Assembly (NCBI GenBank): GCA_965227295.1
Contig: OZ245742.1
Coordinates: 1,760,001 to 1,824,000 of the forward strand
Length of the DNA stretch: 64,000 nucleotides
Direction of reading: 5' to 3'
Source of the DNA: Leptonemataceae bacterium
Lineage (GTDB): Bacteria; Spirochaetota; Leptospiria; Leptospirales; Leptonemataceae
Positions 29,125 to 38,139 of the stretch are shown piece by piece. The notes beneath the pieces were generated by a model that ran no database searches, was not told the origin of the DNA, and saw only the letters and a program-made list of their open reading frames with translations. A program made the translations under genes and the position numbers. Within the stretch, counting starts at the first letter, position 1. Each line of letters starts with the position of its first letter.

Positions 29125-30881
29125 CAACTACGTCTGTAAAAGATACCGAAGTTTCGTCGTTTGCGCGAGGAATTTTCGTCGACAACATTCACGAGGCCGC
29201 CGTGTTCCCGTTCCCCACGCCGGGTAGCGAGGAGCGCGGCCGCATTGAACGTTCGGTCGCGGACCTGCGTGATCTCGCTGAACAGAGTTACGATCCGAAG
29301 CAAGTCGAAGAGGAACGCTGGATCGGAGACGACTTCGTCGCCGATCTCGGTGAGCGCGGCCTGCTGGGCCTCTATGTTCCGGAGAAGTACGGCGGCATGG
29401 GATTATCCCAGACCGGCTACTGTCGCGTGTCGGAGGAGTTCGGCCGCATCGATGGTACGCTGGCGGTGGTGATGGGCGTGCACCAGTCCATCGGCATGAA
29501 GGGCATCGTCCTCTTCGGCACCGACGAACAGAAAGAGCGTTTTCTACCGGACCTGGCCGCGGGTCGCAAGCTCGCGGGTTTCGCGCTCACCGAACCCGAG
29601 GCCGGTTCGGACGCGTATCACCTGGACAGCCGCGCGGAAAAAATGAGCGACGGTTCGTACCGACTCAACGGCGAGAAACGTTACATCGGTAACGGTGAGC
29701 GCGGCGATGTGTTCGTTACATTCGCGCGTACGGACAAAGGCCACATCGCGTTGATCGTGGAGAAAGGAATGGACGGCTTCGAAGTCGGCGAACGTTTCGA
29801 TACCCTGGGACTGCGCGGCAACGATCTGCGCAGACTGTACTTTAAGGACGTGCGTGTACCGCCGGAGAATGTACTCGGTGAAGACGGGCGCGGCTTTCAG
29901 ATCGCCGCGAAGATTCTCGACAGCGGTCGCATGTCGTTGGGCACCGGTTCCGCCGGTGCCGTAAAGAAGATGCTGAGCCTCGGCGTGGAACACACCACCG
30001 CACGCGAACAGTTCGATCAACCCCTGGCGGACTTCGAACTCGTGGCGGAGAAACTCGGCTGGATCGCGACGCATCTCTTCGGTCTCGAGTCCATGTCTTA
30101 TCTGACCACCGGCCTCGTGGACCGCGGCATGCCGGACGTCTCGCTGGAGTCGGCCATGGTTAAGGTTACATCCACTGAATTCTTGTGGTACGCGGTGAAC
30201 CGGGTCTTCCAGCTCGGCGGCGGGGAGGCCTACATGCGCACGCATCCGTACGAGAAGATGCTGCGCGACATTCGCATCTTTCCGATCTTTGAAGGATCGA
30301 ACGACGTACTGCGCAGCTACATCGCGCTCTCCGGCGTGATGCCGTTGATCCGCGAGGTCCACGGCCTGGGCGATATCGATCTCAGCGAGCCCGTGAAGGC
30401 GGCCGGTACGTTCGTGGACTACGCCGCGGATCGTCTGGAGCGCACGTTGCGGTCTCGCGAAATGACGCTCGTGCACGCGGAACTCTCGAAGGAGGCGGAG
30501 CGGGTTTCGTCCGGCGTGCGTGATCTGCGTACCGCCGGCGAGGTCCTCCTGCGCCGCCACGGCAAGAAAATTCGCGAGCGGCAGTTGGAACAGAAACGCC
30601 TGGCCCACGCGGCCATGGACATCTACGCGCAGATCGCGGTGCTCTCGCGGATGACGCTGCAACTCGGCAAGACGCCCCCGGCACCGGCGGAGGAGCAGCG
30701 CAAACGCAACGACGCCGAGCTGCGGACCGCGCGCACGTTTCTCAAACGCGCCGCGGATCGTACGGCGAAGAACATCGAACGCATTGACGAACACGACGAC
30801 GCGTCCATACTGGGAATCTCCGAGGATGTTCGCGGCGAGCGCGGATACGCCTTCGATCTATTGGAACGGCTGCCCGCCTGA
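29115..30881 (+). CDS. Acyl-CoA dehydrogenase (ACAD9/VLCAD-like long form)
   Basis: GVHQSIG, FALTEPEAGSD, LNGEKRYIGNG, RIFPIFEGSNDVLR; GGAGG RBS before ATG 29115. Confidence 0.93.
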   Translation: MNSSTTSVKDTEVSSFARGIFVDNIHEAAVFPFPTPGSEERGRIERSVADLRDLAEQSYDPKQVEEERWIGDDFVADLGERGLLGLYVPEKYGGMGLSQTGYCRVSEEFGRIDGTLAVVMGVHQSIGMKGIVLFGTDEQKERFLPDLAAGRKLAGFALTEPEAGSDAYHLDSRAEKMSDGSYRLNGEKRYIGNGERGDVFVTFARTDKGHIALIVEKGMDGFEVGERFDTLGLRGNDLRRLYFKDVRVPPENVLGEDGRGFQIAAKILDSGRMSLGTGSAGAVKKMLSLGVEHTTAREQFDQPLADFELVAEKLGWIATHLFGLESMSYLTTGLVDRGMPDVSLESAMVKVTSTEFLWYAVNRVFQLGGGEAYMRTHPYEKMLRDIRIFPIFEGSNDVLRSYIALSGVMPLIREVHGLGDIDLSEPVKAAGTFVDYAADRLERTLRSREMTLVHAELSKEAERVSSGVRDLRTAGEVLLRRHGKKIRERQLEQKRLAHAAMDIYAQIAVLSRMTLQLGKTPPAPAEEQRKRNDAELRTARTFLKRAADRTAKNIERIDEHDDASILGISEDVRGERGYAFDLLERLPA

Positions 30882-30902
30882 GGATGCCGTGCGTGAGGCC
30901 CT

Positions 30903-32306
30903 ATGAACGACGAAGAACGCGCACTGTTCGTAGATCTGTACGAACTCACGATGTACCAGGCATACGATCGCGCGGGGATGAATTCCCTCGCCGTGTTCGA
31001 GTTGTTCATTCGGGAGATGAATCATCGCAATTTCTTCGTGGTCTGCGGTATTGCCGACGCCCTGGAGCATCTCGAACGCCTGCGTTTCTCCGAGGATTCC
31101 GTGGAGTACCTGCGAGGTCTCCAGCGTTTCGAAGAGCCGTTCCTGAATTCATTGAAAGACTTTCAGTTTACCGGGGACGTCTACGCCGTGCGCGAGGGCG
31201 AGGTGGTGTTTCCCGACGAACCGATCCTCCAGGTCTGCGCCCCGGTCGGCCAGGCCCAAATGGTGGAGACGTATCTTTTGAACCAGGTCCTGCTGCAAAC
31301 GGCGCTGGCGACGAAGGCGGAGCGGGTGGCCCGGTCGGCCCGGGGGCGGCGCGTGGTGGACTTCGGCATGCGCCGCATGCACGGTACCGATGCGGCCCTC
31401 AAAGCGGCCCGGGCCTTTCGCGTGGCCGGCATCGAGGCGACCTCTAATGTTCTCGCAGGTAAACTTTATGGCCTGGACGTGGCCGGTACCATGGCGCACT
31501 CCTTCGTGCAGGCCCACGACACCGAGGCCCGGGCGTTCCGCGATTTTGCAAAAACCTACCCGGGGACGACGCTGCTCGTCGATACCTACGATGCCCTGGA
31601 AGGCGTGCGGCTGTGCGTCGGCCTCGCCCGGGACGAGGGCCTGCAGTTCGGAGCGATTCGTCTGGACACGGGGACGGACGCGGAGTTGATTCGCGAGGCG
31701 CGACGGATTCTCGACGAAGGGGATCTCGGCGAAGTGAAGATCCTGGTGAGCGGCGGGTTGGACGAGTACCGCATTGCGGAGATGCTGCGGGACGAAGCGC
31801 CGGTGGACGGTTTCGGCGTCGGCACGCGCATGGGCGTAAGTGCTGATGAACCATACTTAGACGGCGCCTATAAACTCTGCGAGTACGATCGCCGCGGCCG
31901 CATGAAGGTCTCCGCCGACCAGGAGTTCAAGGCGAACTATCCGGGCCGCAAGCAAATCTATCGTTGTTACGACGGCAACGGTCTCGCGAGCTTTGACGTA
32001 ATTGCGCGCGCCGCCGAAGAAAGCGCGGACGTGCGTTTCGACGACGGCTCATCCCTTCCAGAACGCTTTCGACCGTTGCTGGAAGTCGTAATGAAGGGCG
32101 GCAAGGTTTTGCGCCGCGACCGGGATCACGACATCGAGGAAGCCTCGGCTCATCGTGAGGTGTGCGTCATGGAGTTGCCGCGATCGTTGCACGCCATGCC
32201 CGAAAGCGGCGAGCGCGCGCCGTTTCCGGTAAAGATCAGCGAGGTGCTGCAGGGATACACCCGGGACGTGCGCCGCGAAATCCTGGACGCCGCCGGAGAA
32301 GAGTAA
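30903..32306 (+). CDS. pncB: Nicotinate phosphoribosyltransferase
   Basis: LFVDLYELTM, DFGMRRMHG, ATSNVLAG, GTMAHSFV, LLVDTYD, SGGLDE, FGVGT. Confidence 0.93.
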   Translation: MNDEERALFVDLYELTMYQAYDRAGMNSLAVFELFIREMNHRNFFVVCGIADALEHLERLRFSEDSVEYLRGLQRFEEPFLNSLKDFQFTGDVYAVREGEVVFPDEPILQVCAPVGQAQMVETYLLNQVLLQTALATKAERVARSARGRRVVDFGMRRMHGTDAALKAARAFRVAGIEATSNVLAGKLYGLDVAGTMAHSFVQAHDTEARAFRDFAKTYPGTTLLVDTYDALEGVRLCVGLARDEGLQFGAIRLDTGTDAELIREARRILDEGDLGEVKILVSGGLDEYRIAEMLRDEAPVDGFGVGTRMGVSADEPYLDGAYKLCEYDRRGRMKVSADQEFKANYPGRKQIYRCYDGNGLASFDVIARAAEESADVRFDDGSSLPERFRPLLEVVMKGGKVLRRDRDHDIEEASAHREVCVMELPRSLHAMPESGERAPFPVKISEVLQGYTRDVRREILDAAGEE

Positions 32307-32324
32307 GTAACGTGTGTTTCGGTT

Positions 32325-32535
32325 GTTCGCAGACGGTCCGAATCGTGGTGTAAGTGGCGGTCAGTGTACATTAAGGCTTTTATGGTCACGGCTGGTTCCA
32401 GCTGACGAGCGGAGGCCATGCCGGCGGGCGTGGTAAGGCGGACCGGAACGGCGTCGTCGCTTCGGAAAAACATCAAGCGAAGGCGCACTCCGGAGCCCCG
32501 CTCTATCCGCGGGGCGGAGCGAGTGCGCCTTCGCG
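32325..32535 (+). repeat. Structured intergenic repeat, family B copy 1
   Basis: CCGAATCGTGG.GTAAGT.GCGG.CAGTGTACATTAAG..TTTTATGG..ACGGCTGGTTCCAG ... ACCGGAACGGCGTC ... terminal 14-bp hairpin; matches 40924-41172. Confidence 0.88.
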
Positions 32536-32603
32536 CCCGGCGTCGTCGGTGCAAAAAACGCTGGCGTAGCCGAAAAAATTCCTTAACCATTGCACATGGT
32601 AAG

Positions 32604-33905
32604 TTAAGTTTCCAGTCCCAATCGCCGGAAGATGGCGTCCACGTGTCGCAGATACGGTGCGATCTGAAACACGTCGTCCAGCTCCTGCGCGGAGAGCACG
32701 GCCTGTACGCGTTCATCGGCGGAGACGCGGTCCTTCAGGTTCAACTGCGGATCGTTCCAGACTTCCATGCTGTTCGACTGCACGACGGTGTAGGCGTCTT
32801 CGCGTTCCATGCCGCCGTCGATGAGGCGCAGCAAGAGCTTCTGCGAAAACAGCAGGCCGCGCGTATGCCAGAGGACACGCTCCATGTTTTCCGGATACAC
32901 GTGCAGGTTCTCGATGACGAAGATCATTTTACCCAGGATGTACTCGAGGGCGATGACACTGTCCGGTACGATGACGCGTTCGGTGGAGCTGTGTGAGATG
33001 TCCCGTTCGTGCCACAGCGGTTGATCGCGATAGGCCGCCTGGACGTTGGATTGGATGACCCGGGCGAGGCCGCAGACCCGCTCGCAGATCACGGGATTGC
33101 GTTTGTGCGGCATGGCCGAAGAGCCCTTCTGGCCTTTGACGAAGGGCTCTTCCACTTCGCGGCCCTCGCTCTTTTGTAGTAAGCGAATCTCCTGGGCCAT
33201 GCGTTCCAGGCCGCCGGCAATGACGCCCAGCACGCCCATGAAGTAGGCGTGGCGGTCCCGGTTCACGACCTGGGTGGTGATGGGATCCGCCGTCAGCCCC
33301 AGGCGGCGGCAGACCTCTTCTTCCAGGTCCGGATCGACGTTCGAGAACGTGCCCACGGCCCCGCTTAGCTTGCCGACGCTAATTTCTTGTTTCGCAAGTT
33401 TAAGGCGTTCCCGATCGCGCAGGAGCTCGGCGTAAAAGTTCGCCAGCTTCAGGCCCAGGGTCGTGGGTTCACCGTGGATGCCGTGGGTGCGGCCGATCAT
33501 GACCTGGTCTTTGTAACGCAGGGCTTGCTGTTTCGTAACGGTGATGAGTTGTTCGAGGCGTTCTTCCAGAATTTCGGCGGAGCGCTTCATTTGCATGCAC
33601 AGGGCCGTATCGCCGACATCGGAGCTGGTGAGCCCGTAATGGACCCAGCGGCCGGCCGGGCCGACGTTCTCGCGCACGTTAGTGAGAAAGGCGATGACGT
33701 CGTGATGTACCTCGGCTTCAATTTCGAGGATGCGGTCGAGTTGGAAGTCGGCGTTGTTTCTGATGGCCGCGAGGTCTTCGTCGGAAATTACGCCGCGGCT
33801 GTTCCAGGCTTCGCAGACGGCGATCTCCACTTCCAGCCAGGTGCGGAACTTGTTTTCCAGTTCCCAGACACCGGCAATCTCAGGGTTCGAATAACGAGGG
33901 ATCAT
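32604..33905 (-). CDS. purB: Adenylosuccinate lyase
   Basis: MIPRY, HHDVIAF, HYGLTSSD, GRTHGIH, GSSAMPHKRNP, WHERDISHSS. Confidence 0.97.
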   Translation of the reverse strand: MIPRYSNPEIAGVWELENKFRTWLEVEIAVCEAWNSRGVISDEDLAAIRNNADFQLDRILEIEAEVHHDVIAFLTNVRENVGPAGRWVHYGLTSSDVGDTALCMQMKRSAEILEERLEQLITVTKQQALRYKDQVMIGRTHGIHGEPTTLGLKLANFYAELLRDRERLKLAKQEISVGKLSGAVGTFSNVDPDLEEEVCRRLGLTADPITTQVVNRDRHAYFMGVLGVIAGGLERMAQEIRLLQKSEGREVEEPFVKGQKGSSAMPHKRNPVICERVCGLARVIQSNVQAAYRDQPLWHERDISHSSTERVIVPDSVIALEYILGKMIFVIENLHVYPENMERVLWHTRGLLFSQKLLLRLIDGGMEREDAYTVVQSNSMEVWNDPQLNLKDRVSADERVQAVLSAQELDDVFQIAPYLRHVDAIFRRLGLET

Positions 33906-33976
33906 AGGTCGGATAGATTTACGCGCGAGAGCCCCGCGTCAAGCCATGTGCCGCCCTGGGTCACGCGGAACTCAAA

Positions 33977-34135
33977 TCCCGTCGCGGACGCAGCGAACGA
34001 AGAACTCGTTTATTCGAAAACCGTAACCACCACGATGCGCAGCGCGTCGTATGCTTCACGCAGGCGTGCAATGCAGGCGGAGCCGTCCATGCCGGGCAGC
34101 CCCGGATCCACCGGCAGCAAACTCGCGCCGCGGTC
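33977..34135 (-). pseudogene. Degenerate response-regulator receiver remnant (not in ORF track)
   Basis: LLPVDPGLPGMDGSACIARLREAYDALRIVVVTVFE* then, frameshifted, NEFFVRCVRDG; no start codon. Confidence 0.6.
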
Positions 34136-34231
34136 AATAGGCCATGTCGCCCTATGTTACACCAGACTCACATGAGACCGGGCGCCGTTTTTTCTCTGGC
34201 GCTCGCAGCAGCAGGTATCCGTATGTTATTT

Positions 34232-35098
34232 ATGAAGAGAATGATCCGAGTGGCTCTGGTCCTCGTGCTGCTCGGCGGCACATCCAGTGCCTGTCTGGCC
34301 GATATTCGCCCGGACATACTAAAAGAGCGTACGTCTGCGGAAAATTCCGAAACCGCCCGGCGTCTGCTCATGGCCGCGGCGAGCCGTCAGGGCAGCCGGG
34401 AGGCCTGGCTTTCCCAGTCCGCGGTGCGCGTCCTCGTTACGGATGAGTGGGAGCCCCTGCCCAACGCCGTGGCGAATTCCTGGCCGAAGAATCCCAGCAA
34501 CATGGAATTCATTTTCATTCCCGGCGCCGACGACAGTGTGCTTCATTTTCTGGATGAGAGCTTTGCGCCCACCGGCCTTACCTGGGGCATTCATGATTGG
34601 AACACCTGGAAGCGGGAAAAAGCGCAGGCCGAGCCCCACTACGTAAGTGATAGCAAGATTAAGTTTGCGCTGCCCACCATGCAATATTTCATCGAGCTGG
34701 CGCAACGACTGCCGGACGGCGAAATCGTCGACTACGCCGGCACCCGGAGCATCGCCGGCACCGAGTACGACGTCGTCTACGTCACCTGGGGTGACTATGC
34801 GGCGCAGCCGAACATCGACCAGTACGTCGCCTACATCGACAAGGGCGACGGCTTGGTAAAGATCGTGGATTTCACCGTGCGCGACAACGCCGGCTTCGTT
34901 ACGGCGGCGGCCGTATACAAGGATTTCCGCGAACTACCGAACGGAATGTCCCTGGCGCATCGGATCGACATCACGGACCTGGGCGACTACGATTCCCTCG
35001 TGCACCAGTACTCCCTGGTCGAGGTGGAGACGAACTACGATCTCCCCGCGAGCGAGTACAAACCGGACGCGGAGCGCGGCCCCGGTTCGAAGTACTGA
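34232..35098 (+). CDS. Hypothetical lipoprotein
   Basis: MKRMIRVALVLVLLGGTSSA-C lipobox; strong GC3 bias. Confidence 0.75.
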   Translation: MKRMIRVALVLVLLGGTSSACLADIRPDILKERTSAENSETARRLLMAAASRQGSREAWLSQSAVRVLVTDEWEPLPNAVANSWPKNPSNMEFIFIPGADDSVLHFLDESFAPTGLTWGIHDWNTWKREKAQAEPHYVSDSKIKFALPTMQYFIELAQRLPDGEIVDYAGTRSIAGTEYDVVYVTWGDYAAQPNIDQYVAYIDKGDGLVKIVDFTVRDNAGFVTAAAVYKDFRELPNGMSLAHRIDITDLGDYDSLVHQYSLVEVETNYDLPASEYKPDAERGPGSKY

Positions 35099-35120
35099 AC
35101 CGCAAACCATTACAGAAGAT

Positions 35121-35750
35121 ATGTTAATAAATCTTTCCGAACTATCCACGAATCAAATCTACTACACCATGATCCAGACCATCATCCCGCGCCCGGTGGC
35201 CTGGGTGATTTCGGACAACGGCGATGACAGCCTCAACCTCGCGCCCTTTTCGTACTTCAACGGCGTCTCCAGCAATCCGCCGCTGATCATGCTGTCCATC
35301 GGTAAGAAACCCGACGGCACGCGCAAAGACACCCTGGTGAACATCGACGAGCGTAACGATTTCGTGGTGCACATCGCCCATCGCGAAATGGCGGAGCCGG
35401 TCACCTTTTCGGCGGCATCGCTGGCCCACGGGGAATCCGAACTAACTCAGCTCGGCCTGGAAACCACCGGGATCCTGGACGACGCGGGCAACTCCGTATC
35501 CCGCCTGCCGCGATTGAAAGCTGCGCGGGTGGCCTTCGTCTGCGAAAAGGAGCGCGTCATGGAAATCGGCAACACGCCCCAGGGAGTAATCTTTGGTCAT
35601 GTGAAGTTTGTCTACGTGGACGATTCCGTGGGCACGAACGTGGACGGGCGGTTGAGCGTGGATCCGACGAAGGTGGATCCCCTGTCGCGCCTGGGCGGCC
35701 AGGACTTCGGTTTGTTCGGCGACGTGATCACCGTAAAACGACCGAAGTAA
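35121..35750 (+). CDS. Flavin reductase-like FMN-binding protein (DIM6/NTAB)
   Basis: IIPRPVAWV, NLAPFSYFN, KDTLVNI, DPLSRLGG. Confidence 0.92.
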   Translation: MLINLSELSTNQIYYTMIQTIIPRPVAWVISDNGDDSLNLAPFSYFNGVSSNPPLIMLSIGKKPDGTRKDTLVNIDERNDFVVHIAHREMAEPVTFSAASLAHGESELTQLGLETTGILDDAGNSVSRLPRLKAARVAFVCEKERVMEIGNTPQGVIFGHVKFVYVDDSVGTNVDGRLSVDPTKVDPLSRLGGQDFGLFGDVITVKRPK

Positions 35751-35751
35751 C

Positions 35752-37104
35752 ATGCCTTCAGCTAACATTAGCAGCACGGCCGACACACGGCTCTCCCGCG
35801 TCATCGGTGTGCCCGGCGCCGTGCTGCTGGGCCTCGGGTCCATCGTCGGCACCGGCGTTTTTGTCAGCACCGGCATTGCCGCGGGAGTCGCCGGGCCGGC
35901 CGTCGTTCTGGCCGTGATCGTCGGCGGCGTGCTCGCCACGGTCAACGGGCTCTCCAGCGCACAACTGGCGGCGGCGTATCCAATCAGCGGCGGCACGTAC
36001 GAGTACGCGCGCCGGGTCTTTCCTGAACGTGCGAATCTCGCGTTTACGGCCGGCATCGTGTTCTTGCTCGCGAAGTCGGCCTCGGCGGCGACGGCGTCGC
36101 TGGGGTTCGCCGGTTATTTGCTGCATCTCGCCGGTGTGCCCGGCGCCGCGGAGCGTGTGATCGTGGCGGTGCTCATTACGCTCACAGTCACGGCCGTGGT
36201 TGCCGCCGGTTTGCGTCGATCGAATCGCACGAATGCGGTGCTGCTTGGCGTGACGCTCATTGCGCTGACCGTGTTTGTGGTCGGCATGCTTCCCGCCGGG
36301 ATCAGGAACGGCACCGCGAACCTGACGCCCATGTGGGACAACGGCGACACCTGGACGAACCTGCGGGCGTTCTGTGAAGCGTCGGCGCTGATGTTCGTCG
36401 CGTACACCGGCTACGGCCGGGTGGCCACGCTCGGTGAAGAGATCCGCGATCCGGCAACTAACATTCCACGAGCAGTAGTTAGCACGTTGATCATTACGTC
36501 GCTGCTGTACACCTTCGTTACCGTCGCCGCGGTGGCTGCCGCCGGGGCCGCGGAGTTCGCCGCGTCTACCACGGGCAATGCCGCGCCGCTGGAGATCCTG
36601 GCGCGGCGCTTGGCTCCACCGGAATTCGCTCCGCTTACGGCCGGTATCATTGCGGTGGGTGCCGTAAGTGCTCTGGCCGGTGTGTTGTTGAACCTGGTGC
36701 TCGGTTTATCGCGAGTGTTGTTGGGCATGGCGCGGCGGGGTGACATGCCCGGTGCTCTCGCGCAACTCAGCGACGACTCCCGGGGCGAGGCTCAGCCCCA
36801 TCGTGCGGTGTGGGCCGTCGGTGTGTTCATAGCGGGTCTGACGCTGGCCGGCGACGTGAAACTTACCTGGTCCTTCAGCGCCTTCACCGTGCTGGTGTAC
36901 TACGCGATTACGAACCTGGCGGCGTTGTTTCTTCCGCAAGATGCGCGGCGGTATCCGCGTTTCGTGAGTGCTTTCGGTTTGATCGTTTGCCTGGGGTTGG
37001 CCGCCTTCGTGGACTGGCGCATGATGGCGGCCGGCGCGGGCGTACTGGTGGCGGCCCTTATGTTCCGTTCGGTGTTTGTTAGAGGCGGAGCATCTCCTCG
37101 ATGA
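35752..37104 (+). CDS. APC-family amino acid permease
   Basis: GLGSIVGTGVF, YPISGGTYEY, FVAYTGYGRVATLGEE. Confidence 0.92.
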   Translation: MPSANISSTADTRLSRVIGVPGAVLLGLGSIVGTGVFVSTGIAAGVAGPAVVLAVIVGGVLATVNGLSSAQLAAAYPISGGTYEYARRVFPERANLAFTAGIVFLLAKSASAATASLGFAGYLLHLAGVPGAAERVIVAVLITLTVTAVVAAGLRRSNRTNAVLLGVTLIALTVFVVGMLPAGIRNGTANLTPMWDNGDTWTNLRAFCEASALMFVAYTGYGRVATLGEEIRDPATNIPRAVVSTLIITSLLYTFVTVAAVAAAGAAEFAASTTGNAAPLEILARRLAPPEFAPLTAGIIAVGAVSALAGVLLNLVLGLSRVLLGMARRGDMPGALAQLSDDSRGEAQPHRAVWAVGVFIAGLTLAGDVKLTWSFSAFTVLVYYAITNLAALFLPQDARRYPRFVSAFGLIVCLGLAAFVDWRMMAAGAGVLVAALMFRSVFVRGGASPR

Positions 37105-38083
37105 TCGGGCCGTGGTCCTCGAAGAATTCCTCGGCATAGAGCGCCGTGTCGGCCAGATCGATCCACTCGCCTTTCGTTTGTTTGATTTCCCAGTGATCCG
37201 GCACGTCGAAGCGAAAGACGTGCGTTAAGCGCCGCCCGGCCAGGCTGCGCTTCGGATCGTCGAAGAAACGTTGCGCGCGGATCCAGTCGTCTTTGACGAT
37301 CATGCCGCCCTTCTCGAAGGCCGAACGAACCGCGGCGTGAACCAGGGTTTCGTCGGCGCGTACAAAAGAACCCGGTAGCGCACGCAGGCCGGCGCCCAGG
37401 TCCGTGTTCTTGCGTTTGATGGTGAGGACCTTGCCCGGCCGGGTAATGACGGCGTCCACGGTCACCTGCACCGGGGCGTGTTTGAGTTTCGCAATGCGCT
37501 CCTGTTCTTTTTCGATGTAGCGAAACTCGCGGACCAGGCGCTTGTGTTCGTCCGAGTGCAGCCAGTTTTTCGCCAGATAGTTTTTCACGCCGGGGGGCAG
37601 CGGTTCGGGAATCTCGCCGTCGGCGAACAGCGCCCGACGAACCGCCGTGCCGTCCACGCCGCCTTCCTGCTCGCCGGCATCGACGAACTTCCATTCCGGG
37701 AACAGCTTTAAGTAGTACGTGCTCTCGTCTTTATCGTGGCCGAAAAGCGTCACGGAGTCGCCGCGGTTCACGTGCCGGCTTAACTTCAGTTTCAGTTCTT
37801 TTAACCAGGCGTTGTCGTCGTAGGGATGATCCAGGACGGATTCCCAGACAATGCGCCCGCCGCTTTCCAGGGCGTCGTCAAAGAGGGCCGAGAGCATGGC
37901 CACACGATCGTGCACGCGCCAGGGATTCCGTACGGTAGGCGCGCAGGCCGCCGAGCCGATGACCACGATGGTGAGCTCGGCCTTCTGCATGGCCCGCCGG
38001 ATCAGCGCCTCATGGCCGCGGTGGAACGGCTGGAAGCGGCCGATGACCACGGTGACGTTTCGAGGAGGCGTCTTAGTTTTCAT
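37079..38083 (-). CDS. nadM: NMN adenylyltransferase fused to degenerate Nudix domain (NadM-Nudix type)
   Basis: IGRFQPFHRGH, GHDKDESTYYLKLFPEW, VTVDAVI, FDDPKRS, FFEDH; start ATG 38083 (TTG 38143 alternative). Confidence 0.88.
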   Translation of the reverse strand: MKTKTPPRNVTVVIGRFQPFHRGHEALIRRAMQKAELTIVVIGSAACAPTVRNPWRVHDRVAMLSALFDDALESGGRIVWESVLDHPYDDNAWLKELKLKLSRHVNRGDSVTLFGHDKDESTYYLKLFPEWKFVDAGEQEGGVDGTAVRRALFADGEIPEPLPPGVKNYLAKNWLHSDEHKRLVREFRYIEKEQERIAKLKHAPVQVTVDAVITRPGKVLTIKRKNTDLGAGLRALPGSFVRADETLVHAAVRSAFEKGGMIVKDDWIRAQRFFDDPKRSLAGRRLTHVFRFDVPDHWEIKQTKGEWIDLADTALYAEEFFEDHGPIIEEMLRL

Positions 38084-38139
38084 TGAGTGTACCTTTGAAA
38101 TGAAAGAACCCCGGAGCGACGGCCCCGGGGTTCGAAGAA

